64,000 nucleotides of DNA from Azolla caroliniana. Lineage: Eukaryota; Plantae; Polypodiophyta. The stretch spans positions 16,306,001 to 16,370,000 of the forward strand of contig JBHGNT010000014.1 in NCBI GenBank assembly GCA_043228905.1, in the 5' to 3' direction. Shown here piece by piece: positions 1 to 12,206 of the stretch; the stretch's first letter is position 1, and each line of letters opens with the position of its first letter. The notes under the pieces are model-generated. The model was not told the origin of the DNA and made no database searches. It worked only from the letters and a program-made list of their open reading frames with translations. A program made the translations under genes and the position numbers.

Positions 1-58
1 AGAGAAACAGAGAAACAGAGAAACAGAGGCAAAAGAAAAAAGGAAGGTATCCATCCTC

Positions 59-317
59 CATAGTTTAACAGTTATGCAGCATACTTTGCATTCGCGAATG
101 TTTTAACCCTTCGCGTATGGTAAACACCCTCGGAGAATGGTAAATACCATATAACTATTTAATATTAATATTATGAGGTAAATAAACCTATAAATAAATA
201 ACCTTTAAAAAAGGGGGGGAGGAAAAAGCACGAGAATGTTTGAATAACATTCGCATTCGTTTTCCAACGTAGGAAAACGAATGTTATGCTAGACGAACAC
301 GAATTGTACGTACTATG
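59..317. mobile_element. MITE-like non-autonomous element, copy 1
   Basis: CATAGT...ACTATG ends; internal palindrome ATTCGTTTTCCaACGTAGGAAAACGAAT; reverse-complement match to 45995-46234; no clean TSD. Confidence 0.6.
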
Positions 318-348
318 TGGACCTCAGATGAAGCAAAGCTATGGCTAT

Positions 349-392
349 CACATACATACATACATACATACATACATACATACATACATACA
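349..392. repeat. (TACA)n microsatellite
   Basis: about 11 tandem TACA units. Confidence 0.95.
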
Positions 393-879
393 GAAAGATG
401 TACATATTAACATCTTCTAAGACCAAAATTGGCCCATGAGACAATTGGTTTACAACGTGAATGGGGTATTTACCTATTCATCGAAAGTAAAACTAAAAAT
501 AAAATAAAGCTTAAGCTAAACAGTTCTTAGTAAGAAAAACATGTATTATAAGGAAATGATTTTATACTAGGGCCTAGTTTCATTTCCATCCAAGTCTCTC
601 GAAAAGAAGCGGGAGGTCAAAGGGTTTCGATGTGGATGTGGCCCGTGGTGGTCCCAATGTAAAAGGTACCCCCCCAACCATAGCTTCTAGGCAGCATAGC
701 TCATGTTCCCTTATCTTCTTAATCGTTTCTACTCCATGTCAAGGAACTTTGAAACCCAACATCCGAGGGCATTTGGTTGTTCTTTGCATTTCAGCTTCAT
801 CAAGATAGAGGCCGAGTGGTGTAGGTGTGTCCACATTCATCGTCTCCCCTAGTTCCTGAAAAATTACATTAGTTACATG

Positions 880-1325
880 TTGGTGAATATTAAGAGAGTT
901 ATGGTTAACACTTTGTAATTTATTCTCCCTATGTTGTTTTAGCTCTAAGATATACCTACCCAATCTCTTTCTATACGGGGGGCTATCTAATAGTTTGGAG
1001 AGGGCGAGAGAGGGTCCTAGTATGTCTTGGTATTTCGCCCTTATCTCGATATAAGTTGGACACTTGCATGTAAAGTGATACTCATCCTCTATCTCTATGT
1101 GACATAACTGACATAGCCTTTCCTCTTGAGGGACTCTATTAGCACGACCATTCTCAAACTCAAGTTGGTGAGATGATATCGTAAGTTATCCAATGGCCAC
1201 CCTTAGTGCATTTGATAAGAATGTATCTAGATATTTTGGTCGTGTCATAAAACTTTATTTAGAGAAGTGCAACAAGTGTTCAACATTTTAGATGTGATTG
1301 GCTCTCGTGGGGTGATCCGTTTATA
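880..1325 (-). mobile_element. 3' end of a degenerate non-LTR retrotransposon (RTE-X/L2-like C-terminal zinc finger)
   Basis: Minus strand reads SSHQLEFENGRANRVPQEERLCQLCHIEIEDEYHFTCKCPTYIEIRAKY...LGRYILELKQHRE, a CCHC-type ORF2 C-terminus; contains stops. Confidence 0.65.
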
Positions 1326-1821
1326 TCAGGTGTAAATTTGCCATATTTCTTGGCATATTACGCACGAGTAGGGGGAGTCAAAGCGACGTTGGAAACCAGC
1401 AAGGGAAGGCCGAGACGGAATGTTGGTATTGTGGCAAGAAAGGCCACCAAGAGAGTGAGTGCTGGAAGAAGCGTGCTGATTCAGATAAATTGGGATCCGA
1501 CAGAACCAGACAACGGAACTAGCAAAGCTCGCACTACGCTGAAGGATCAGAAGGGATCGAAAAAGGGCCAACCTTTGTGATGAAACACAAGGCGAAATCA
1601 ATGAATAAGACCACTTCCGGATTGGAGGAAGTGTGGTATGTTGATTCGGGAGCATCTAACCACATGACGAGACATGAAGAGTGGTTCTCGTTTTTGGAAA
1701 GGCATGAGAAATTGGGAGTTGTTGAAACCAGAGACGACACTCCTCGCCCGATTGAACATGTCGGAGAAGTTCCCCTCAGCCATGTCGAACATAGAGGGAA
1801 GATCATGAATGTGTTGCAAGT

Positions 1822-2904
1822 TGTCGTGAAGATCCGTCACTACGCGCGGATCATGAGGCGGAACCACCGGGGTTTTGGACCAGAAGGACTCAAAGTTTGC
1901 ACCAGCTTTAGTGAGAAAGGAATTAAGATAGATTGAAAGAGAGAGAGAGATTGAGATAAGATAGAACACTTGACTTTAAATTGAGAGAGATTAAGATTGA
2001 ACTCTTGACTTTAGATTTGAAGAACAAGATTGATATATCAATCGAATAACAAATTTCTTACTTTTAATGTCTTGATTAATACCTCGCTCCCCTTTTTTTA
2101 TTTTCTATCCACTCTTTTATAGATGCCCCCATGCATATGATGCATGTGGGGTACAAGACATGCATAAAATCCATGATGCATGTTTGCCATTTGGTGCTCA
2201 TGCGTTACATGTGATGCATAATAACCATGTCACTCATTTAAGCTCTTATATGAGAATTTTCAAGTAAAACTATAATGAAAAAAATATATATATAACTTTA
2301 AGGAAATGACTTGGCTTAGTGGTAAATATATTGCTTTTTGTCTTGGAGGTGCAAGGTTCAAGTCTTTCTTACATCGCTTTTAAAGCACAAAATACTATTA
2401 GGCTTTTGGACCAAATATCTTTAAAACACCATGCACCACGATCAACCGATTCGTCCGGTCTGGCCCCGTTCGGTTCGCATCTCGAGGTCGCCAGATGTTG
2501 GATGCCGGTCACCAGTCGCCGGACAAAACCAATGAACTTGGCTACATCCATTCGTCAAGTCATTCAACTCATCCTTTCTATTCTCCACATAAACATAAAG
2601 ATAATAACTTTTGCTCTTCCTTATATATGGTGAGATCCTTATTTGTCTTGTCTATGTGGGATATCTCACAATTTTTTATTTTTCTCTTTTTCTTTGCAAA
2701 CTTCATACCCACATAACTTGACGCTCATATGTTCGTTTGTTATGTAGCAAAGTATATTCAAAAGCTCTTCAAGATCTCCATCTTTTTGTACCAAGATATT
2801 AAACTTATTTACATTATTATTGTTTCATATTGTGTGTGAAGAACCACACTCAATTTTGTATGTTCCATGCAATTTTCACACTGTTGCCGAAAATCTTCAC
2901 GACA
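1822..2904 (-). mobile_element. Solo LTR (~1.08 kb), 4-bp-TSD group
   Basis: TGTCGTGAAGAT...ATCTTCACGACA perfect 12-bp inverted termini; flanks AAGT/ACGT; splits the host VLH/VPTITKNL coding sequence; minus-strand TATA near 2115. Confidence 0.8.
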
Positions 2905-3848
2905 ACGTTTCGACAATTACAAAGAACCTGGTGTCGGTTAGACAGATCGTCGACCAGGGGATGCAAATGCAGTTTACGCATCTTGGGTGCTTCACCAAGG
3001 AAGAGGGACAATTCATCGCACCAGGGCGTTGGGACAAGAGGATGTTTATCCTCGACACCAACAACGTAGGCACCGCCTTGTTCGCAAAAGGACGAAAAGT
3101 CGAGTCGGATATCGACTTATGGCATAATTGGATCGGCCACGTCAACTATTAGAGGCTTCAAGACCTGTAATCGAAATAGGTTGTTTTCGGATTGCCAAAA
3201 TTTTGTGGTTGGAAGGCCCAAATTTGTGAAGCCTGCCATCTCAGGAAGCAACACTAGCTTACGTTCCCCATTGAAAGAAATCAGAGTTGTAACAAGCTCG
3301 ATCTAATACATTCAGATGTCTGGGGACCGTCATAGAATGTTAGTCTTGGCAGGAGTCGATATTTCGTCTCCTTCATTGACGACTACAGCCGGCACACATG
3401 GATCTACCTATTCGAAAGGAAAAGCGAAGTTTTCGATTGTTTCTGAAACCTGCAAAGTCTTGTGGAACGAGAAACGGAGACGAAGATCAAGTGTCTACGG
3501 TTGGATTGTGGAAAAGAATATTTTTCTGGCCAATTCAATAGTTATCTACAGTAGAAAGGAATTTAGAGGGAATTCAGTTGTAGATACACACCGGAACAAA
3601 ACAGTGTGGTCGAAAGAAAGAACCGGTCTATTGTGGAGGCGGCACGAGCCATGCTGGAAGAGAAGAGCATGCCCAAGTTCTACTGGGTTGAGGCGGTCTG
3701 GACGATCGTCTATATCCAAAACCGGATCGGGGATAAGGTGTCAACACATGCTATATTTCAGGCGCAAGCCGAATTTAAGGCACCTTAAGATATTTGGTAG
3801 CATTGCCTATGTGCATGTACCGGATGAGAAGTGGGGGAAGCTGGACCC

Positions 3849-5372
3849 TATCATGAAGACATACATTTTGGCATTGCAAGGATTCGAGCCCAAAATGTCT
3901 TGGTCTATATGTTAGACCTTTAACCATTATAATAACATATATGATGTATAGTTATAATAAAGGCCATTACGAGCCAAGAGACAACTGAGTTACTCTTGCG
4001 AGAGGTGTTTCGGCATCATGGTCTTCCTAATGATATTATCAATTATCGGGGTCCCTAGTTCATCTCAAAATTTTGGCGGCACATGTTCAAACTCTTACAT
4101 ACTTCTTGCAAACTCTCTTCCGGTTACTATCCAGAAACTAACAGACAGAGTGAGCGCACCAACCAAACAGTAGAACAATATCTTCGTTGTTTTGTCAACT
4201 ATCAACAAGATGATTCGGTTTATCTATTACATTTGGCGAAATTTGCTTACAACAACTCACAAGATTCTTCTACTGGATATTCCCCATTTTTTGCAAACAT
4301 TGGGTACCATCCTTGTTGGACTATGGTTGAACATCTCAAACTCCCGAAAAACCCGACTGCTGAAGATTGGCTCACCCGACTCCAAGAAGTTCAAGATATC
4401 CTTTTGCACCATTTATGGATGCTCAAAACACTCAAAAGAAGGTTGTTGACCATCATCGACTACGTTTCAAGTGGGAGATCGAGTATGGCTTTTACAAGGT
4501 CGCATTAAAACAACCTGACCTTGTTGCAAATTGGATTATCAACGTTTTGGCCCATATGTGATTTCTAGTAAGATCAATGATGTGGCATTTCGCCTTGATC
4601 TTTCCCCTCATATGCATCTTCACCCGGTCTTCCATGTTTCACTTTTGGAGCCATACACAATCAACTCTATTCCAGGCCGTCTTACATCTCCCCCACCTCC
4701 AATCGAAGTTTCAGATGGCTCCGAATATGAAGTTGTTGTCATTCTCGACTCCAAGATTGTTCGCAACAAACTGTATTATTTGGTTGACTGGTTAGGTTAT
4801 ACACCTAATGATTGAACATGGGAACCTCTCGAGAATCTTGCTAATGCCTCCAAAATGGTTGTTGCGTTTCACAACAAATATCCCCATAAGCCAAGTTCGA
4901 AATATTGTCTTCTGACTCGTGGAACTCATTGTTGAAAAGAGGGGATAATGTCATGAAGACATACATTTTTGCCTTACAAGCATTCAAGCCCAAGACGTCT
5001 TGGTCTATATGTTAGACCTTTAACCATTATAATAACATATATGATGTATAATTATAATAAATGTATTATTAGTTATTACAAGATATTTAGAGTATTCTCG
5101 AACATTCTAGGATATTCCATGATTATATTAAATATCATAAATATTCTAGAACATTCTAGAATACTCCATAAGGACCTATAAATAGGTGTCTATTCATTCA
5201 TCACAACTCATTCGGTTCAACACTAGTTTGTAGCCCCTTAGCCTACACTTTGTAATCCTTGCTCTCTTATAATATAAACACTCTTTCCATTTCTAGTGCT
5301 CTCTCTCTCTCTCTCTCTCTCTACCTTCTATTGTCATCTTATCTTTCTCTCTCCTATTCTCAAGTCTCGATA
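3849..5372 (+). mobile_element. Internally deleted Ty3/gypsy chromovirus (family 1): 5' LTR stub, integrase C-terminus, chromodomain, PPT, 3' LTR 4949-5372
   Basis: Perfect TSD GACCC (3844-48, 5373-77); 3849-3960 repeats the start of 4949; GPY/F motif and chromodomain EYEV..ILDSK..KLYYLVDWLGY; PPT AAAAGAGGGGATAA 4935-4948. Confidence 0.9.
5144..5161 (+). promoter_or_regulatory. Perfect 4-unit heat-shock element upstream of the LTR TATA
   Basis: TTCtaGAAcaTTCtaGAA; second array TTCtcGAAcaTTC at 5095-5107; TATAAATA at ~5177. Confidence 0.7.
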
Positions 5373-7349
5373 GACCCAAAGTCGGAGAAGTGTATCCTTG
5401 TTGGCTACTCACATGAGCAGAAGGGGTATAAGTTCTACAAGCCCCGGACAAAGACGATTCGAGTAAGTCGAGATGTCAATCGACATCCTGGTACTCTCTA
5501 CCGACTCCGACCTTCAACCCCGACCCAATTCCGGAGGATGAGGCCAGTGAGCCCGAAACGATCTGGGCAGAAGATGAGGAAGGATTCGACACTCTAGACG
5601 AGAGTCCGATCTCATTCCGGCTAAGTGAGCCGAATGAGCGACTGAGTCGAAATGACCAGTCATATGAAGAGTCGGCGAGTAGTGGAGACTCGTCTGACTT
5701 TCCCCACGTAAGGAACCGAGGAGATGGTTCATGTGCAAAGAGAAGGGGAAGAAGAAGATGTTGGAATATGACTCTGGTAGATATGAGTCGGATCAGAGTG
5801 AGTCTTATTCCGGAAAGAAATAAGGCGGATCTTGAGAAGAGAAGTCTGAGTCAGTCAAGAGAGCCCAAAAATCGACAAAGCAGAAATTGCGCCGATCTAC
5901 CCGCTAAAAGCACCCCGTAGTTCGATACGGATATAACGAGTATATGGCGCATCATTATGTGTACATGGTGAAGGTGGCAATCGTGCGCGAGCCGGTGAGC
6001 TACGACGAAGCGGCTAAGGATCCGAACTGGCAGAAGGCCATGGAGGAAGAGATGCATGCGCTCATGGAGAATGAGACGTGGGACTTGGTGGACGTACCGA
6101 AAGGAGTGAAGCCGATCGGTTTTCGGTGGGTATACAATGTCAAATACAACACTGATGGCTCCGCCAACCGGTACAAGGCCTGGTTAGTGGCAAAGGGCTA
6201 TGCGTAACAGCACGACATCGACTACGATGAGACATGCACGTCGATCGTAAAGATGACGACCGTTCGTGTCTTGCTTGCGGTGGCAACGACGAAGGGGTGG
6301 TATCTACATCAAATGGATGTGAAACATGTGTTCCTGCAAGGTGATCTTGAGGAACAAGTATACATGGTTCAACCCCCCGGATTTCAGTTCGGAATGAACA
6401 CATCGGTCGTTTCTCGGCTGAAGAAGTGCCTTTACAGACTCAAGCAAGCCCCTCGCACATGGAACGCGAAAATCAAGCAGTGACTGCGTCGGATGGGGTT
6501 TGCCGCGTCGAGGTCAGACTCTTCCCTATTCATTCGGCGAGGTCGGAATGGACTGGTAAGCATTTTGCTTTATGTTAATGATTTAGTCATCGCCGACACC
6601 GACCTGGCCGAAATTGACCATGTCAAGTCCGAACTCGCGGCATCGTTTGACATGAAGGATCTTGGGGACCTTCATCACTTCCTCGGGATTGAAGTGATCC
6701 GCACCTTGGAAAGCATATTGATCAGTCAATGCCACTATGTGTTGAGTATGCTCTTCAAATTCGGTATGACAGAATGTAAGTCCATCTCAACTCCTCTGGA
6801 TAGGAATGTTGAAAACGTAAGTGTTTGCGGAAGCGTAAAACAGAGAACACAGAGAGAGAGAGACAGAGACAGAGAGAGCAGAACGTAATTTCAAAATTAT
6901 ATCAAGACTCTGTATACACACTGTGCTAAGTAGCACTATTTATACAAGTCCTCTTGGGACTGACAGAAGTACCATGTACTTCAATGCTCACACGAGCATC
7001 TGACAGTTACTACGAGACTATAGCTACCTAGTAGTCTATCCTATACTAGGCTTCCAATTGGACTTCCGGTTACGGATTGCACCCAGCCTCCACTGCTTGC
7101 CGGTTCGGTTGCTCACCGTTCATACCGATCCGTTTCGCCCGATCTGTCTCGCTTACCGGCTCCGGCTTATTCAGCCGATCCGGCTCCGGTTGAGCTTGCC
7201 GCTCAACACTCCCCCTCAAGCTCAACCTGAGGTGGGGTCGTAGTGTTGACCTCTGTGGTAGTTGGTTCTTCCAACCAACTTCCCCTGGCGTCACTCCTGT
7301 TGGGATTTCGGTCCCTCCGGATGGGATGTCCGGAGATGAATGACGGCAA

Positions 7350-7645
7350 GCCCGGTTGCGGTTACGGAACCGGATGATGAAGAGTACCCGGCATGAAGCC
7401 GGATAAAGAGTACCCGGATACGGAGCCGGATGATGAAGACCCCGGTTACGGAGCCGGATGCTGAAGACCCCGGTTATGAAGCCGGATAAAGAGTACCCGG
7501 ATACGGAGCCGGATGATGAAGACCCCGGTTACGGAGCCGGATGCTGAAGACCCCGGTTACGGAGCCGGATGACGAATGTACCCGGATACGGAGCCGGATG
7601 ATGAAGACCCCGGTTACGGAGCCGGATGACGAATGTACCCGGAGA
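7350..7645 (+). repeat. ~27-30-bp CCGG-rich tandem repeat in U3 of LTR B (second copy ~12270-12565)
   Basis: About 10 units of CCGGTTACGGAGCCGGATGATGAAGACC-like sequence. Confidence 0.9.
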
Positions 7646-8129
7646 GAGATCCGGATGCGGGGACATATTTGTGAATATGTTTGCCAAGAGCCCTTGAGGC
7701 TATATTTGTAAATAGCCCAAAAGTCATATGTGTATAAATATGACTTAGGGCAAACAGTTTTATGTTGTTGTTGCTCATTTTCTGTTTTCCACGAAGAGGG
7801 AGCGAAGTGAGAGCAGCCGAGAGAGTGTGAGAGACGAAGAGGTCGTTGCCTCAGTGTATTACCGCCGCCTGTGGCGAAGACTGTGAGCTCAAGGTTGTTG
7901 CCTTGTAGCTTCATCATTGTACATCTCTGCATATAGTGATAGTTGGAGTTTGAGGACTCCCGTGGTTTTTCCCACTTAGGGTTTTCCACGTAAAATATCC
8001 TGTGTACTCTTCTCCCCATTATCTTCGTGTATTTTGTAATTCCTGTTTTCTGAAAGTTAATCCTATTTCTCGGTTGTGGCCGAGCACTGCGTGTAACAAA
8101 TTGGTATCAGAGCGACGGTAACACAGAAA

Positions 8130-11100
8130 ATGGAAGGCGGCGGCAGCGGGCAGCCGATGATGATGGTGCTGAATGCACAGAATTACGCCGACTGGAAGAT
8201 CAAGATGGAGGATCTTCTGATTGTTCGGGACCTGTACGAACCGATTGACAGGTCGGAAATACCGAAAGGGGTACTTGAGTCGGAGTGGAAGCTCCTGAAC
8301 CGGAAAGCCGTAGCGACGATCCGGCAATATGTCGATGTAAGTGTCCTGCAACATGTGGCGAACGACACCAACGCATACGAGATGTGGAAGAAGCTGTCGG
8401 GCCTCTATGAGAGGAAGAATGCGTTGAACCGGACCTCCCTGATGAGGAAGATAGTGAATCTCAAGTACCGGGACGGCGAGAGTATGGTAGAACACGTAAG
8501 CACGTTCATGGGATTCGTGAATCAGCTTGCGGCGATCAAGTTCCCGTTGGAGGATGCAATGCAAGCCATCATCCTGATGTGTACATTGCCGGAAAGCTGG
8601 GAGAACTTGGTGGTGACTCTCAGCACCTCGTGCACCGAAGATAACTTGTCCTTACAAACTGTAAAGACAAGTATTCTGAATGAAGAAGCGCGTCGGAGAG
8701 ATAAAGAACCGGTCTCCGACTCGAAGGCGCTGCTTACCGAATCGGAACGGGGAAGACAGTGGAACCGGAGTCCGCAAAGACGGGAGAAGTCGGGGACCCG
8801 GTCGCAGTCAAGAGGAAGGCCAACATGCTTCCACTGTGGGAAGCCGGGGCACTTCCGGAAGAATTGTCGGCATTACCGAAAGGACAACGGAGCCGACGAC
8901 ACCGATTCGAAGAAATCACCGGAGAGAAACGGTGCATACCGGGGAGCCACGGACCGGAGAGGTCCGGATCGGCGAGGGCAGGACCGGAAAGGAACGACGG
9001 CACTTGCGGCAAGTGAAGAAGAGATAATGCTTATTACCGAAGAGAGGGAGCTGAACCTTGCCGGTGTAGAGATGACCTGGGTGGTCGATTCCGGAGCGTC
9101 GTTCCACCTGACCCCGGAGAAGAAATACTTCTCATCCTACACAGCCGGTGAGCACGGCTGTGTCCGGATGGGAAATGAAGGTACGTGCCGGATAGCCGGC
9201 ATAGGAGACGTGTGGCTGATGACATCAACCGGATGCAAGATGCTGTTGAAGGATGTGCGACACGTTCCGGAGGTCCGATTGAACCTGATCTCGGCCGGGA
9301 GGCTAGATGATGAAGGCTACACGGGTAGCATCCGGAACGGTGTCATGAAGTTCAGCAAGGGGAGCCTGATAGTGGCTCGGGCCCGGAAGGTCAACACACT
9401 GTACCTGATGAATTCCCGGCTATGTCTGGAAGAGCTGAATGTGGCAGCCGACACTGCCGGTGAGCTGTGGCACAAAAGACTGTGCCACATGAGTGAGAAG
9501 GGGATGAAGAGGCTTGCAGAAGACAACCTCATTCCAGTGAAGCATGTGCACCTGGAGAAGTGCACCGACTGCCTGGCCGGTAAGCAAAACCGGACCTCCT
9601 TCCACTCAAGGCCACCGACGAGACGTAGCGCACCATTGGAGTTGGTGCACACCGATGTGTGTCAGGTAGAAACGAAGTCACATGGCGGAGCCCAGTACTT
9701 CGTAACATTCATTGATGATCACAGCCGGAAGCTGTGGACGGCACCGTTGAAGACAAAGGACCAAGTGTTGTGCGTCTTCAAAGAACTCCACGCGAGAGTG
9801 GAAAGGGAATCCGGCAAGAAGCTGAAAGCGATACGAGCGGATAACGGAGGGGAATACCGGGGGCAGTTCCAGGAGTACTGTCGCTCGAAGGGAATCCGGC
9901 TCGAGTTTACTGTGCCGAAGACGCCGGAACTGAACGGGCTGGCCGAGAGGATGAACCGGACCATAATGGAGCGGGTCCGGAGTATGCTGGCGCATGCGAA
10001 ATTACCCAAGGGGTTTTGGGCTGAGGCAATGTCGACGGCGACATATGTGATAAACAGATCACCCTCAGTTCCTTTGGACGGAGACACGCCGCAGAGAGTG
10101 TGGACCGGTAAGGAAGTGTCCTACCGGCATCTGAAGGTGTTCGGGTGTCTCGCATACGTGCATGTGGCAAAGGACCGGAGAGGAAAGCTAGATCCTAAGA
10201 CCCGGCCATGCATATTCCTCGGTTACGGCGACGACGAGTTCGGCTACCGAGTATGGGACCCGGTCGACAAGAAGATATTCAGGAGTCGAGACATCATCTT
10301 CATGGAGGACAAGACACTCGCCGACTGGGAGTCGGAGAAGAAGATGAAGAGCTCCAAGTCGATCGGTGAGGATCAACTCTACGAGGAGCAGTCCCGACCG
10401 GCAAGGGACCGGTTAACACTCGAGGATCCGGCCGAAGACGGTGAAGAAACAGAACCGGCCGAAGAAGATGAAAATGATACCGGAACCGGCCCCGATCCCG
10501 AAATGGATTCGGATGAAGAAGAAGAATCGGAAGAACCGGTTACCGAAGCTCCCGAACGGAGATATCCTCTAAGAGAGAGGAGAGCCCCCCGGAGATTTCC
10601 GGAACCAGAGCACGTGCTGCTAACCGACGAGGGGGAGCCGGAGAGCTTTGAAGAAGCAAAGGATGACACCCAGAGCCGCAGGTGGTTGAGTGCCATGCAG
10701 GACGAGATGGATTCCCTGCATGAGAACCACACATATGAACTTGTGGAGTTGCCGAAAGGAAAGCGGGCACTTCGAAACAAGTGGGTGTTCAAGCTGAAAC
10801 CGGGAGATGCCGGAAACCCCACGAGATACAAAGCCAGGATCGTGGTGAAGGGGTTCCAGCAAAAGAAGGGCGTCGACTTCGACGAGATATTTGCCCCGGT
10901 AGTGAAGATGACCTCCATCCGGACGGTGCTGAGCATAGCGGCAAGCATGGACCTCGAGGTAGAACAGATGGACGTGAAGACAGCATTCCTTCACGGTGAC
11001 CTCGAAGAAGAAATCTACATGCAGCAACCGGAAGGATTCGAGAAGAAAGGGAAGGAGCACCTGGTATGCCGGTTGAAGAAGAGCCTTTACGGACTGAAGC

Positions 11101-12206
11101 AGGCTCCCCGGCAATGGTACCGGAAGTTCGACTCCTTCATGACCGACGAAGGGTACCTCAAAACGCAGTCCGACCACTGCGTGTTTGTGAAGAAGTTTGA
11201 AGGAGGAGACTTCCTAATACTCCTCCTGTACGTGGACGACATGTTGATCGTCGGACGGGACCAGGTCAAGATACGGATGCTGAAGAAGGCTCTTCACCGA
11301 ACCTTCTCAATGAAGGATTTGGGTCCGGCGAGGCAAATACTAGGGATGCACATCATCCGGGACCGGAAGAAGAAGCAGTTGTGGCTGTCACAGGAGAAGT
11401 ACGTGACGAAGGTGCTTCACCGGTTCAACATGTCGGAGGCAAGACCGGTCGGATCGACCCTCCCGGCAAACTGCAAGCTGTCCAGCAAGCAAAGCCCCAA
11501 GACAAAGGCTGAAAAGGAGGATATGATGAAAGTACCATATGCCTCAGCCGTCGGGAGCTTGATGTACGCCATGGTATGTACGAGACCGGACATCGGATAT
11601 GCAGTCGGAGTGGTGAGCCGGTACATGAGCAATCCCGGCAAAGAGCATTGGAACGCGGTCAAGTGGATACTCCGATACCTGAAGGGCACGGCAAACGTGT
11701 GCCTCCGATTCGGCTCCGGTAAGCCCGAACTCGAAGGCTTTACTGATTCTGATATGTCGGCTGATGCAGATACCAGCCGGTCCACATCAGGGTATGTGAT
11801 GACGTATGCAGGGGGAGCTGTTTCGTGGCAGTCGAGGCTGCAGAAGACGGTTGCGTTGTCAACCACGGAGGCGGAGTACATGGCGGCTGTTGAAGCCGGC
11901 AAAGAAATAATATGGATGAAGGACTTCATTAGAGAGCTCGGTATCCAGCAGGAGGAGTACCGACTCTACTGCGACAGTCAGAGTGCCATCCACCTTGCGA
12001 AGAACGCGGCCTATCACTCCCGGACGAAGCACATCCAGCGAAGATATCACTGGATCCGGGAAAGGATAGAAGACAAGGAGTTCGTGCTGACGAAGGTCCA
12101 CACGGACGAGAACGGGTCGGATATGCTGACCAAAGTGCTCACACCCGACAAGCTGGGAGCGTGCCGGAAGAGAGTCGGATTGGAGAGACATCCCATGCCG
12201 AAGTGA
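8130..12206 (+). CDS. Copia Gag-Pol polyprotein, 1358 aa (gag, CCHC knuckle, protease, integrase, RT, RNase H)
   Basis: Single uninterrupted ORF; CFHCGKPGHFRKNC, WVVDSGASFH, HTD..DNGGEY..NGLAER integrase core, QMDVKTAFLHG, LYVDDML, RTKHI. Confidence 0.97.
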   Translation: MEGGGSGQPMMMVLNAQNYADWKIKMEDLLIVRDLYEPIDRSEIPKGVLESEWKLLNRKAVATIRQYVDVSVLQHVANDTNAYEMWKKLSGLYERKNALNRTSLMRKIVNLKYRDGESMVEHVSTFMGFVNQLAAIKFPLEDAMQAIILMCTLPESWENLVVTLSTSCTEDNLSLQTVKTSILNEEARRRDKEPVSDSKALLTESERGRQWNRSPQRREKSGTRSQSRGRPTCFHCGKPGHFRKNCRHYRKDNGADDTDSKKSPERNGAYRGATDRRGPDRRGQDRKGTTALAASEEEIMLITEERELNLAGVEMTWVVDSGASFHLTPEKKYFSSYTAGEHGCVRMGNEGTCRIAGIGDVWLMTSTGCKMLLKDVRHVPEVRLNLISAGRLDDEGYTGSIRNGVMKFSKGSLIVARARKVNTLYLMNSRLCLEELNVAADTAGELWHKRLCHMSEKGMKRLAEDNLIPVKHVHLEKCTDCLAGKQNRTSFHSRPPTRRSAPLELVHTDVCQVETKSHGGAQYFVTFIDDHSRKLWTAPLKTKDQVLCVFKELHARVERESGKKLKAIRADNGGEYRGQFQEYCRSKGIRLEFTVPKTPELNGLAERMNRTIMERVRSMLAHAKLPKGFWAEAMSTATYVINRSPSVPLDGDTPQRVWTGKEVSYRHLKVFGCLAYVHVAKDRRGKLDPKTRPCIFLGYGDDEFGYRVWDPVDKKIFRSRDIIFMEDKTLADWESEKKMKSSKSIGEDQLYEEQSRPARDRLTLEDPAEDGEETEPAEEDENDTGTGPDPEMDSDEEEESEEPVTEAPERRYPLRERRAPRRFPEPEHVLLTDEGEPESFEEAKDDTQSRRWLSAMQDEMDSLHENHTYELVELPKGKRALRNKWVFKLKPGDAGNPTRYKARIVVKGFQQKKGVDFDEIFAPVVKMTSIRTVLSIAASMDLEVEQMDVKTAFLHGDLEEEIYMQQPEGFEKKGKEHLVCRLKKSLYGLKQAPRQWYRKFDSFMTDEGYLKTQSDHCVFVKKFEGGDFLILLLYVDDMLIVGRDQVKIRMLKKALHRTFSMKDLGPARQILGMHIIRDRKKKQLWLSQEKYVTKVLHRFNMSEARPVGSTLPANCKLSSKQSPKTKAEKEDMMKVPYASAVGSLMYAMVCTRPDIGYAVGVVSRYMSNPGKEHWNAVKWILRYLKGTANVCLRFGSGKPELEGFTDSDMSADADTSRSTSGYVMTYAGGAVSWQSRLQKTVALSTTEAEYMAAVEAGKEIIWMKDFIRELGIQQEEYRLYCDSQSAIHLAKNAAYHSRTKHIQRRYHWIRERIEDKEFVLTKVHTDENGSDMLTKVLTPDKLGACRKRVGLERHPMPK

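Noticed and set aside
349-392. (TATG)n as the 3' tail of the upstream LINE relic
   Set aside because: Plausible, but such repeats are common in this window and no TSD or second copy supports the link.
6805-6812. Apparent 2-bp TSD (AA) for copia C
   Set aside because: Comparison with the other LTR places the boundary at 6810, giving a 5-bp TSD with one mismatch.
7474-8019. 181-aa minus-strand ORF repeated at 12393-13106
   Set aside because: It is the antisense reading of the two near-identical LTRs; non-ATG start and no recognisable domain.
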